Notes: generated by a model not told the origin, from the letters alone. DNA of 63,865 bases, filler included, from an uncultured Thermoplasmatales archaeon (GCA_964517155.1; 5 parts of 5 records of this genome joined end to end with filler, not necessarily neighbours in it); one strand, 5' to 3'. Positions 19,108 through 28,860 are shown, counted from the first letter of the whole stretch. A program made the numbers and translations.

Positions 19108-19297
19108 AGAAGATTATTAAATAAACAGAAGAGTTTTATCTAGTTAAAATTAATTGGAATGGTAAAAAGCCAGAGATAAAACAGATATTTAACTATAACA
19201 ATAATTTTATCTTTTCTCAAAACCTCTCTCACCATGTTAATATTTATCACTACTTGTTTATATATTTGTCGTGACAAAATAACAAAATGAAAAATAT

Positions 19298-20209
19298 TTA
19301 CATTGAACGTAATCTTTTTATCCTTTCATCAACAGGCGGATGTGTAGACCAAACAGAACCTTTTGAACTACTTTTGAAAGGATTTGAAATATACAGAGGT
19401 GCGACAGTTTTAGAGCCTTTTGGTTTTGTAGTAGGCTGATCCATCTTTATTTTTTCAAGTGCCTTTGCAAGTCCTTCAGGGTTACGAGTAAGATAAGCAC
19501 CTGTTGAATCTGCTAAATACTCACGCCTACGAGATATAGCAAGATAAGTAAGCCTTGCAAATATCGGTGCAAGAATCGCAAATAAAAAAGCAATAGCAAT
19601 AATTATACCACTGCCATCATTTCTACGACCGCCTCTACCAGCACCACCAAAAAACATTGAATAAAACACAATTTCAGATAAAAGAGAAATCGCACCAACT
19701 ACAGCGATTGTAACAGTTGCAACACGAATATCATAGTTTTTAATATGACTCATTTCATGAGCTATCACACCTTCTAATTCTTCCTGATTTAACTTACGCA
19801 ATGCACCTGTTGTTACACAAACTACGCCTTCAGAAGGATTTCTACCTGTTGCAAAAGCATTAATATACTCTGAATCTTGAACATAAACCTTTGGCATTGG
19901 AAGACCTGATGCAATGCTCATTTCTTCAACACGATGAATTAAAAGTTTTTCTTCACGAACATTTGGATTTGCAGGACGTGCTTTAGCAGCACTAAGAACA
20001 GTTTTAACAGATATTGAATACATCAGTAAAACATAACATATGCCAACAGGCAGTGCAAAAATCAAGGCAATGAGAATATTTCCTCTGAAAAAAATGATTC
20101 CAAAAGCAAGAATTACACCAATAAACAATAAAGCCATTAAAGCACAAACTAAAACTGTATTTCTCTTATTTCTTCGAATATGATCTTCTACGAGTATTTT
20201 TTTTTCCAT
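19298..20209 (-). CDS. htpX: M48 family zinc protease HtpX
   Basis: NAFATG, HEMSH, SRRREYLAD and STHPP motifs; downstream of lemA. Confidence 0.93.
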   Translation of the reverse strand: MEKKILVEDHIRRNKRNTVLVCALMALLFIGVILAFGIIFFRGNILIALIFALPVGICYVLLMYSISVKTVLSAAKARPANPNVREEKLLIHRVEEMSIASGLPMPKVYVQDSEYINAFATGRNPSEGVVCVTTGALRKLNQEELEGVIAHEMSHIKNYDIRVATVTIAVVGAISLLSEIVFYSMFFGGAGRGGRRNDGSGIIIAIAFLFAILAPIFARLTYLAISRRREYLADSTGAYLTRNPEGLAKALEKIKMDQPTTKPKGSKTVAPLYISNPFKSSSKGSVWSTHPPVDERIKRLRSM

Positions 20210-20240
20210 AACCACCAATAAATAAAATAAAAAAGGGTTT

Positions 20241-20801
20241 TTAGAATTTTACTTGCGGTACTTCCCTTGCTGCATCTGGTATCTGTAGCATTTCACGAGC
20301 TTTTTTCTTCATAAAACCTGCAAACCATTTACCAGGTATTGTTTCAACAAGGTTATTGTAACTTAACACAGAATCATTGAAATGTTGTCTTGAATATGCT
20401 ATTTTGTTCTCTGTATTTGTAAGCTCATCTTGTAGGTTTAAAAAATTCTGATTAGCTTTAAGATCAGGATAGTTTTCTGACACTGCAAAAAGTGTTTTAA
20501 GCGCTCCAGTAAGCATGTTATCTGCGTTAATGTTTTCTTGAGGCGATTTTGCATTTAATAAAGCAGAACGAGCCCTTGTAACATTTTCAAGAGTTTCTTT
20601 TTCATGCTTCATATAACCTTTTACAGTCTCCATTAAATTTGGAATTAGATCTGCTCTACGTTTTAATTGCACATCAATTTGTGCCCAAGAGTTATCTATT
20701 CTGTTTTCCAGCCTTATTATCCTGTTGTAATATCCAAAAAAGATAAACACCAAAAACAGGACTATAATCAATATTATTATTCCTAGTATCCATTCAATCA
20801 T
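20241..20801 (-). CDS. lemA: LemA family protein
   Basis: IDVQLKRRADLIPNL and ENYPDLKANQNF motifs. Confidence 0.96.
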   Translation of the reverse strand: MIEWILGIIILIIVLFLVFIFFGYYNRIIRLENRIDNSWAQIDVQLKRRADLIPNLMETVKGYMKHEKETLENVTRARSALLNAKSPQENINADNMLTGALKTLFAVSENYPDLKANQNFLNLQDELTNTENKIAYSRQHFNDSVLSYNNLVETIPGKWFAGFMKKKAREMLQIPDAAREVPQVKF

Positions 20802-20880
20802 TTAGTTATGCCTCCTTATTAATTTTAGGTTAAATACTATTTTTTATTTAAAACTATCGCGAGATAAAAAATAAAAAAAA

Positions 20881-21057
20881 TTATTTTTTATTTTCTTTAA
20901 ACATATCATATGCTTCTTTAGCAGTATACTTTTTGTGAACAATTGCATTTACTGCCTTAATCATACCAACAGGATCACTACTCTGAAATACATTACGGCC
21001 CATATCCACACCAATTGCACCTGCTTGTATTGCATCATATGCCATCTGAAGAGATTC
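20881..21057 (-). CDS. lsrF: LsrF/DhnA-type class I aldolase family, C-terminal fragment at contig edge
   Basis: Manual translation [41 protein letters not shown]. Confidence 0.8.
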   Translation of the reverse strand, partial: ESLQMAYDAIQAGAIGVDMGRNVFQSSDPVGMIKAVNAIVHKKYTAKEAYDMFKENKK

Positions 21058-21157
21058 NNNNNNNNNNNNNNNNNNNNNNNNNNNNNNNNNNNNNNNNNNN
21101 NTTAATTAATTAANNNNNNNNNNNNNNNNNNNNNNNNNNNNNNNNNNNNNNNNNNNN
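21058..21157. other. Artificial contig linker
   Basis: N44-TTAATTAATTAA-N44, which has stops in all six frames. Confidence 0.99.
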
Positions 21158-24100
21158 AACACAACATACAGCTTTACAACCAACTACGCACCCACACAAA
21201 GTGGAGAAGTACCAAAAGACGCAGCGACAGAAATATCACCACTACCTGATTTATACGTAATAATAAGCGATACTGATGGTGACATATTAACTGCAACCTG
21301 GAGAAGCAATTCATCAGGATCATGGGCAACATTTGCAACCAACAACAGTGTTGCAAGTGGCACAAACATTACTCAAAACAATAGTAACTTTTCAAGTTAT
21401 TCAACTAAATACTATTGGAGTGTAAATGTAACCGATGGATGCACATGGACTAATCAAACATATAGTTTTACAACTATTATCCAAGAAGACCCACCTATAG
21501 TTACAACCAATGCATCAACAGGTGTAGAAGAAACAAATGCAACACTATGGGGTTATCTTGTAACAAATGGCAATGTTACAACAACTGTCGGTTTCTGGTA
21601 TGATACAACAAGTGGCGGAAAAACAAATAACGCAACAGTTGGAACACTAGCAAGTGGAAACACATTCAGCTATAATGCAACAGGACTCACACCAGGTCAA
21701 CTATACTACTTTACAGCCTGGGCAAACAACAGTCAAGGATTTGTAAACGGCAGCGAATTTACATTTCTCACAAAACCTAATGCTACGATTCAGGGTAGTT
21801 TCAAAGCACAAACCAATAGTTCAACAAAAATTTATTTAACATGGGAAAAAGGAACAGGTGCAAATACTACTTATATTGAGCGTAACTCTGTTGAAAGCTG
21901 GGCTCGTGGTAGCGGTATAGAAATATATAATGATTCTGGCACAAACTTTGAAGATACAAATCTTTCCCCTAGCACAACCTATTATTACCAGGCATGGAGT
22001 TATGCAAACTGGACATATAACCCAACACTAGAACAATGGTCAGATAGCTCTGGTAACACTAGCAACACAACATATAATGCACCAATTCTTAGTTCCGAAT
22101 CACCAACAAATGAAAGCAGTGGCGTTGCTGTCAACCCAACACTTCAGATAACTGTTAATCATAATGACTCATATGATATGAACATAACTTGGTATTGGGG
22201 AACAGATAGTAGTTGTGAACACTTTATTGGTACAAATAATTCTGTGGGTAACGGAACCTACAGCATGGACAATGCTGCAAACTTTTCATCAAACAGTCAA
22301 ACATATTACTGGAAAGTAACAGTAAACGATGGACATGGTGCCTGGACAAATGCCACATATCATTTTACAACAATAGGTGCAAACAAAGGAATTATTTCCA
22401 AAGGACAAAATGCGTACTCCTTAGAGATGAGCCCGGACGGGGCGACACTTTATGCGTATATTAATGGAAATTATGTTTCTACAGCGGTTCCCGAGCCTAT
22501 TACAGATTGGTATCATATGGTAATGACATATGACGGAAGTAAGATTAGGCTGTATATCAATGGTGAGCTTAAAAATAGTATAAATCAAACTGGTGCTATA
22601 AACACAAATGCCAATGACCTACTGCTTGGCGAGTACATGACAGGTACCCTTGATGAGCTGCGTATCAGTAGTACCGCACGAAGTGCTGCATGGATAAACA
22701 CCACCTATATAAACACAGATGAACCAACTAGTTTTGCAACCTTTGGAACTCAAGTTGGTATATTATCAACATTTTCATATAGAAAACAAATAGAGGTAAA
22801 CTCTTCAATGGTCGACTCAGATCTATCAAATTTCCCAGTTCTTGTAAGTATCACTGATGCAGATCTTAAAAACAATGCAGATACAACTGGATATGATATT
22901 ATTTTTACAAGCTCAGAAGTCAACTGGAGAACAGGTACATATTCAGATATACTGCCTCATGAAATAGAAAAATGGGATAGCAGTACTGGTAAGCTGGTTG
23001 CTTGGGTGAAACTAGACAGCATTAGCTCCACAACAAACACATCATTTTACATATATTACAGCAGCATCTGTGTGTTAGATAAACAAGATGCATCAGGTGT
23101 TTGGGATGATGATTATGTTGCAGTGTGGCATAAAAATGATGCTACTTCAACTACAATAAAAAGTTCGACGATCAATACGCTTACAGGTACGAAAAAAGGT
23201 GTCGGTGAACCTACCGAAACAACAGGTTATATCGGTAATGCTCAAGAGTATGATGGGACAGGTGATTACATCACGCTTGGTACAAATGTTATAGAGCAAT
23301 TGCTTAATGGTACATCTGGTATTACAGTATCAGCATGGATTAAACCAGATGATTTTTCTGAAACAAAATACATATGGTACGGTCTAGTACATTCAAGTAG
23401 TGTGCATACAACTTTCAGGTCTAATGACAACAAACTTCGTCTTAACGCTAGAAGTCAAAGTACTGATGATTTACAAAGTGTTACTTCTACAGTTGATATA
23501 GGTACAGGCGTATGGCATCATTTAGTTGGTGTAGTAGATTATGCTAATGGTGATTTAATTCTCTATATTAATGGAAGTTATGATACAAATGTATCCGCAA
23601 CCTTCGATTCATCATCACTTAGCATTGGTACTCCAAGTATTGAATCTCAGATAGGCAATCATCCGACATCTGGCAGAGATTTTGATGGCATTATCGATGA
23701 ACTTCGTGTATCTAAAACAGTTAGGAGCGCTGATTGGATAAACGCAGAATACAATACGATGAACTCACCAAGCACTTTTCTTGCATTTGGAGCCCAAGAA
23801 ATACCAAATGTTGCACCCATGCAAAGCAATCCAAATCCTGCAAACGACGTGACTGGTGAAAACCTGAATCCGACACTTAGCATTCAGGTTAATGATACAA
23901 ATAATGATCTGATGAATGTTACATTTAGGACAAATGCCACAGGAGCTTGGGGCGATATCGGCAGTAATAATTCTGTCTATAATGGAACCTATAGCCAAAC
24001 TAATTCCAGTATGAGCAGCTATAATACAAAATACTGGTGGAGTGTTAATGCTACAGACGGACAACTATGGACTAATAGAACCTATAGTTTTACAACAAGA

Positions 24101-24406
24101 GATGAGTATATACCTGAGATACCGGGGGATTTCACAGCTGCAACGCATAATTCAACACAGATAAATCTTACATGGACAAAAGGGGTTAATGCCACGCATA
24201 CCTATATAGAGTATAATGCTACAGCAGAAGGCCCTTGGGCAAGAGGACAAGGAAATTTCTTGTGCAATATCACAGGAGAAATTCATCAACATACAGGTCT
24301 TGAATCTGATAATACTTATTATTATCAGGCTTGGAGTTACAATGAAGTAGATAAACGCTATAGCACTAGTTATGCATCTGCTAATGCCACAACAGCAGAA
24401 GCTTAA
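21158..24406 (+). CDS. Large surface glycoprotein with FN3, LamG and DUF2341 domains, 5'-partial (>1080 aa)
   Basis: The frame is open from the contig start, about 340 codons upstream of the tracked ORF. Contains LamG (WHHLVGV, IDELRVS), DUF2341 (NFPVLVSI, HEIEKWD) and FN3 (YYYQAWSY) motifs and many N-x-S/T sequons. Confidence 0.85.
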   Translation, partial: NTTYSFTTNYAPTQSGEVPKDAATEISPLPDLYVIISDTDGDILTATWRSNSSGSWATFATNNSVASGTNITQNNSNFSSYSTKYYWSVNVTDGCTWTNQTYSFTTIIQEDPPIVTTNASTGVEETNATLWGYLVTNGNVTTTVGFWYDTTSGGKTNNATVGTLASGNTFSYNATGLTPGQLYYFTAWANNSQGFVNGSEFTFLTKPNATIQGSFKAQTNSSTKIYLTWEKGTGANTTYIERNSVESWARGSGIEIYNDSGTNFEDTNLSPSTTYYYQAWSYANWTYNPTLEQWSDSSGNTSNTTYNAPILSSESPTNESSGVAVNPTLQITVNHNDSYDMNITWYWGTDSSCEHFIGTNNSVGNGTYSMDNAANFSSNSQTYYWKVTVNDGHGAWTNATYHFTTIGANKGIISKGQNAYSLEMSPDGATLYAYINGNYVSTAVPEPITDWYHMVMTYDGSKIRLYINGELKNSINQTGAINTNANDLLLGEYMTGTLDELRISSTARSAAWINTTYINTDEPTSFATFGTQVGILSTFSYRKQIEVNSSMVDSDLSNFPVLVSITDADLKNNADTTGYDIIFTSSEVNWRTGTYSDILPHEIEKWDSSTGKLVAWVKLDSISSTTNTSFYIYYSSICVLDKQDASGVWDDDYVAVWHKNDATSTTIKSSTINTLTGTKKGVGEPTETTGYIGNAQEYDGTGDYITLGTNVIEQLLNGTSGITVSAWIKPDDFSETKYIWYGLVHSSSVHTTFRSNDNKLRLNARSQSTDDLQSVTSTVDIGTGVWHHLVGVVDYANGDLILYINGSYDTNVSATFDSSSLSIGTPSIESQIGNHPTSGRDFDGIIDELRVSKTVRSADWINAEYNTMNSPSTFLAFGAQEIPNVAPMQSNPNPANDVTGENLNPTLSIQVNDTNNDLMNVTFRTNATGAWGDIGSNNSVYNGTYSQTNSSMSSYNTKYWWSVNATDGQLWTNRTYSFTTRDEYIPEIPGDFTAATHNSTQINLTWTKGVNATHTYIEYNATAEGPWARGQGNFLCNITGEIHQHTGLESDNTYYYQAWSYNEVDKRYSTSYASANATTAEA

Positions 24407-24561
24407 TATATTAGATATGGTAACCATATAGAAATTATACCTTTAAAAGATGGAGAGATAAGGATAAAAATAAAAAAAAAATCCAAAGAAAATCATTTGG
24501 ATATAAAAAATTAATCTAAAAAAATATATAAACGAAAATAAAGATAAAATGAGGTGATGAA

Positions 24562-25602
24562 TTGTATAATCCAAAATATAGAATCTCTAATAAAATTTTA
24601 AAAAACCTCAATAGAATTAGTGCTGCCCATAACCTAATAGTTAACGCTCCATTAATTCCAAAATGGGAAGCTAGATTAAAAAAGGAGGCAAAAGTTAGAA
24701 GCGCTCATTTTTCAACTGCAATTGAAGGAAATAAATTAACATTAGGCGAAGTAAAAGCAATATTTGAAGGGAAAAAGATTTATGCAAAAAAAAGAGATAA
24801 ACAGGAAGTTATCAATTATAAAAAGGTTTTAGAATTCGTAGATAAAGAACCTGAATTGATTATTGAAACAATTAAAAAAATTAATGAAATAACACTTGAA
24901 AAACTAGATGAAAAAGAAAGAGGACAGTTTAGAAAAATCCAAAACTATATTGTAAAGGAAAAAGAGGGTATAAGAGAAATTGTTTACATACCACCAACTG
25001 CTAAACAAGTTCCTAAACTAATGAAGGATTTAATTGAATGGATCAAAAAATCAGTAAATGAAGATATTTCACCAATTATTATTGCAGGTATTGCCCATTA
25101 TGAACTAGTTAGCATTCATCCTTTTATTGAAGGAAATGGTAGAACAGCAAGAGCCTTGGCAACATTAATTCTTTATAAATTAGGATATGATACAAAAAGA
25201 TTATTTTCATTAGAAGAATACTATGATCAAGATTTAAAAAGATACTATTCTGCTTTGCAATCAGGCCAAAAAAACAGAAACGGAGAAGATTTAAGCTACT
25301 GGCTTGAATATTTTTCTGAAGGTATTGCTAATGAGATGACAAAAATAGAAAAACAGATTTTGGATCTGAGTAGGGACAAAATTTTAAAAGAAAAAATAGG
25401 GCAGTTAGAATTAAACCATAGGCAGATAAAAGCAGTTGCTTATTTGCAAAAAAAAGGAAAAATATCTCGATCAGAATATGTAAAACTTACTAAATGCTCA
25501 GCAAAAACTGCATTTAACGACCTGCATGAATTGTTAGATAAAAAATTAATCAAACAAAAAGGTGGTGGAAAATATACTTTTTATATACTTGCTCACGTGT
25601 AA
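24562..25602 (+). CDS. Fic family protein with C-terminal winged helix
   Basis: HPFIEGNGRTAR Fic motif, N-terminal inhibitory STAIEGN, and wHTH (ISRSEY...TAFNDLHEL). Confidence 0.93.
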   Translation: MYNPKYRISNKILKNLNRISAAHNLIVNAPLIPKWEARLKKEAKVRSAHFSTAIEGNKLTLGEVKAIFEGKKIYAKKRDKQEVINYKKVLEFVDKEPELIIETIKKINEITLEKLDEKERGQFRKIQNYIVKEKEGIREIVYIPPTAKQVPKLMKDLIEWIKKSVNEDISPIIIAGIAHYELVSIHPFIEGNGRTARALATLILYKLGYDTKRLFSLEEYYDQDLKRYYSALQSGQKNRNGEDLSYWLEYFSEGIANEMTKIEKQILDLSRDKILKEKIGQLELNHRQIKAVAYLQKKGKISRSEYVKLTKCSAKTAFNDLHELLDKKLIKQKGGGKYTFYILAHV

Positions 25603-25661
25603 TCTTACGTGTAACTTACGTGTAACTTACGTGTAATCTTGCGTGTAATCTTACGTGTAAT
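25595..25661 (+). repeat. Six tandem 11-12 bp repeats, ACGTGTAA(T)CTT
   Basis: Read directly from the sequence; the array starts at the Fic stop codon. Confidence 0.95.
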
Positions 25662-25798
25662 ATGTATGCAAAACACAACAACATTTGTAACATTTGGAAG
25701 CCAGCAGAGCAAATACCAACACCAACAAAAAAAACAACAATTCTCTGAATAGATATAAAGAACAGCAACATCTCAGCTTATCTTAACAAACACCAACA

Positions 25799-25990
25799 CA
25801 AACATACAAAAGGTCTCAAATGCACTCCTCCAGTTACTTGCATCCAAAATCCGCGACCTACTATATCCTATTTCTCCTAGAAAAAACACCGCCCCAAACA
25901 TACAAAAGGTCTCAAATGCACTCCTCCAGTTACTTCTATCCAATATCCATTACCCAATATCTTCATTTTCTCCTAGAAAAAGCACCACCC
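25799..25990 (+). repeat. 96-bp direct repeat, two copies
   Basis: An identical 41-bp core occurs at 25799-25839 and 25895-25935, with a degenerate remainder. Confidence 0.9.
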
Positions 25991-26052
25991 ACTAAACGTT
26001 TTACTTGCTTTTAGTATACGATACCTAAAATAAAATTCTCTCCTGTTAGCAT

Positions 26053-26168
26053 TTCCCAAATCCGTGACCTAAAATTTTTCCAAAATTCGATACCTAGACC
26101 TTCCAATATCCATGACCCAATTTTTTTCCAAAATACGTTACCTATCTCTTCCAATATCCCTGACCCAT
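26053..26168 (+). repeat. Degenerate TTCCAAwAT..ACC tandem array with 48-bp higher-order period
   Basis: Units start at 26053, 26078, 26101, 26126 and 26149. Confidence 0.75.
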
Positions 26169-26285
26169 CATAGCCTATCTTCCTTCTCTCCTCACACAAA
26201 AAACATTTCCAATATCTGAGTTATGTAATATCAAAAAAAACCCTTCAAACAACAGTTACTATATCTACCAATTAAAACATGATAT

Positions 26286-26705
26286 TTACTCATCATTAAC
26301 TATTGTTTTAATTTGTCTGTAAAACTCTTCTGCATCGTCTATTGCCTGTTGTGCTTCATATTCAGATATAAGAAAGTCTAGAGCATATAATGTATTATGA
26401 CGGTTTCTTCTATATGCATCTAGTTGATTTGACAGACGCCCCAATCTAGGATATTTTTCTCTTATATAAGATACTACGCAAAGATGACTTCTTTCTTTGA
26501 CGCCATCTTTGAAAAGCAAAGCTCTTGCAGAATGAAACATAGCGGTATATGAACAAAATATAACAAGATTGTTGTTTCTCATTTTTAAATTATCTTTTGC
26601 GTTTTTTATGTAATTTAAACTTGTTTCTAATGATTTTACGGCATATTGTTTTGAAGGTTTTGTTTTTCGCAATAAACCTTCTTTATAACAGTCATTTAGT
26701 CTCAG
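26286..26705 (-). CDS. HEPN domain protein (MNT-HEPN pair)
   Basis: SYTAMFHSARALLF...SHLCV...RRNRHNTLY. The frame extends to a CTG at 26705 that overlaps the MNT stop. Confidence 0.85.
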   Translation of the reverse strand: MRLNDCYKEGLLRKTKPSKQYAVKSLETSLNYIKNAKDNLKMRNNNLVIFCSYTAMFHSARALLFKDGVKERSHLCVVSYIREKYPRLGRLSNQLDAYRRNRHNTLYALDFLISEYEAQQAIDDAEEFYRQIKTIVNDE

Positions 26706-27268
26706 GGCAATCCACCCCCATATAAAACAATATGATTTTGGAGTATTGATTCATAAAATATTTTGTCTTTTTCTTTTAATTTTTGCCAATCTGAAATTGT
26801 TAATACTTGGGTCGATATTATTTTTTTTATTTTACTTTCTAATTTTTGTAGAGTGTCTGTAAATTGTTTTTTCTTACCAGCAAGTATTAAAATGTCTATA
26901 TCACTTTTTGAATCATATTCTCCATTAGCATATGAACCGTATAGTATAATTGAAATAATTGAATTGTCACTTTTTATAAATTCTTCTGTAAGATTATTTT
27001 TTTCTAGTTCAATTATCATGTTTAATATCTTCATTTGTTTTACAATTTCAGATTCGTTATTTAGATAGTATAAATGCACATTTCCAACTATTTCTTTTTT
27101 TAATATGTTATCTTTATGAATATTTTTTAAAAAGTTGTTAACAGTTCCTGATCCAATACCTGTGTTTCTTGATATTTCTTTCGTGTAAAATGAGCATTCA
27201 GGGTTACTTAAGAAAATCTTTAGTAATTTCCAATCTTTATATTTTTCAAACATTTCCTGGATGTGCAT
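26702..27268 (-). CDS. wHTH plus minimal nucleotidyltransferase (MNT) antitoxin
   Basis: ILYGSYANGEYDSKSDIDILI motif and an N-terminal wHTH; the start is uncertain. Confidence 0.88.
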   Translation of the reverse strand: MHIQEMFEKYKDWKLLKIFLSNPECSFYTKEISRNTGIGSGTVNNFLKNIHKDNILKKEIVGNVHLYYLNNESEIVKQMKILNMIIELEKNNLTEEFIKSDNSIISIILYGSYANGEYDSKSDIDILILAGKKKQFTDTLQKLESKIKKIISTQVLTISDWQKLKEKDKIFYESILQNHIVLYGGGLP

Positions 27269-27372
27269 AATTAATAAAACTATCGTTTTATATATAAAAC
27301 TATCGTTCGATAAATTGTACGAAACATTTTTTCTTAAATACCTTACCTGCACATCTCTCTTTCCCATATTAA

Positions 27373-28314
27373 TCATTTGTCTGGTCTTTTGACTGCAGCG
27401 TCGATTGGCGAAAACTCATAATAATCATTTTCATCAAACCAAGCACACCTAAAATTCTCCAGAGGCATCTCTGCTCGATAACTCAAAGCACGTGTATAAA
27501 GATAAAGCTGCGAGGCAACCTTATGCTCGTTTTCTGCAGAAGCCTCTGGTTTATAATCCAACACAAAAATCTTACCCGCTCTTATCTGCAAAATATCGAT
27601 GTGACCCGAGATATTAATATCCATTTTTTTATCCCAATACCATACAGGAACTTCACAAGCAACTGTTGCAGTATCATTAATCAGCATAAACTCTTCTAGG
27701 GCATCATGTCTTTTTCTATTATCTTTTACAGCATGTAAGGCTAATTTGGCAAGACTGCATGCCTGAGTTTTACTACCATATTTTCTGATGTTAATATCAA
27801 GTTTTATCTGAGAGCAGCGTTTTCCATCTTCAAACATTTTATCAGGACAAAAATGTTCAAAATGTTTAATGTATTCGGCTAAACTAGGATACCTGCTAGC
27901 ATATCGTTCAAGTTTACCCTTATGATATTTAAATACATATTTGAGGCCTTGATGCATAAAACAATTAGTAAAAACAATCTTGCCTTTTTTAAAATCTAAA
28001 AATATCTGCTTTCTAATTTTTCTAAAAGAGCATATCTCAGAATACTCAGAAAGCCAATTATGCAAAGCACTTTTGGAAATTTTAACGCTAAATCTACGGT
28101 TAACAAGACAGCATGCCTCCTGCAAGCTATATCCTAAATTGTAATAGTTAATTGCATTAATCATAACCCAAGGATTATAAGTTTTGTTTTCTAGGCCTTT
28201 TTTGACAAAGCGTTTTTTACATGTTTTACAATAATAAACCTGCTCCAATCTATACTTTGTTTTTCTTTTTCCTTTTTTAGTAATATTTTTTCCTTTACAA
28301 AACAGGCATTTCAT
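27373..28314 (-). CDS. InsA-like Zn-ribbon/HTH protein fused to a PD-(D/E)XK (RecB/Cas4-like) nuclease
   Basis: MKCLFCKGKNITKKG...YYCKTCKKRF, HTH (SLQE...ISKSALHNW), and C-terminal EVPV...GHIDILQ...VLDYKP...QLYLY. Confidence 0.7.
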   Translation of the reverse strand: MKCLFCKGKNITKKGKRKTKYRLEQVYYCKTCKKRFVKKGLENKTYNPWVMINAINYYNLGYSLQEACCLVNRRFSVKISKSALHNWLSEYSEICSFRKIRKQIFLDFKKGKIVFTNCFMHQGLKYVFKYHKGKLERYASRYPSLAEYIKHFEHFCPDKMFEDGKRCSQIKLDINIRKYGSKTQACSLAKLALHAVKDNRKRHDALEEFMLINDTATVACEVPVWYWDKKMDINISGHIDILQIRAGKIFVLDYKPEASAENEHKVASQLYLYTRALSYRAEMPLENFRCAWFDENDYYEFSPIDAAVKRPDK

Positions 28315-28527
28315 ACTAAAAAATATGTTAATATTTGTAATATAAATATATTCTGATACATAATATGTCATTTTTGCTGGTTTTTGTTATATATCTATTG
28401 ATTTGACTCCCCCGATATTATACGGTTGTACTTGTGTATATTAAAAGAATCTTGAGCAGGCATCTCCCAAAATTTTATATATAAACACATAATACATGTG
28501 TATACAAATAATACAATGGTGATTTGT

Positions 28528-28743
28528 ATGGTTAATATAACGCTATCCATCCCAAAAGAATTAAAGAATAAAATGGATTCATTTATTGAAATTAACTGGA
28601 GTGCTGTTGCTAGAGAAGCATTTAAAGAAAAAATTGAGGATCTTGAACTTTTAAAGAGATTCAAAAAACAAAGTAATTTAACTAATAAAGAAATTATAAA
28701 AATTGGAAAACAGCTAAATAAAGCAGCAAACGTTGAAAAATAA
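28528..28743 (+). CDS. RHH antitoxin paralog with no adjacent toxin
   Basis: N-terminal 36 aa differ from the 5609-5824 protein at only two positions; GGTGA SD. Confidence 0.8.
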   Translation: MVNITLSIPKELKNKMDSFIEINWSAVAREAFKEKIEDLELLKRFKKQSNLTNKEIIKIGKQLNKAANVEK

Positions 28744-28860
28744 ATAATAAAATCATCATTAAAAGAGTGATATGTGGACATATAAAAATATATACAAAAA
28801 TATCAAAAAATGATAAAATAAGTATAACAACCATACAAAAAAACGTGGAGGAAAAAATAA

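Noticed and set aside
21102..21113. TTAATTAATTAA palindrome recurring four times
   Set aside because: Always centred in 100-nt N blocks, so it is a concatenation linker. ORF-track extensions into X runs are artefacts.
21158..25990. Possible diversity-generating retroelement targeting the surface protein
   Set aside because: No reverse transcriptase is present, and the 96-bp repeat differences are not adenine-specific and do not match the gene's 3' end.
25595..26170. Possible CRISPR array
   Set aside because: Units are adjacent or 23-25 bp apart with no unique 30-40 bp spacers, and there are no cas genes. The RecB/Cas4-like protein has no cas1 or cas2 neighbours.
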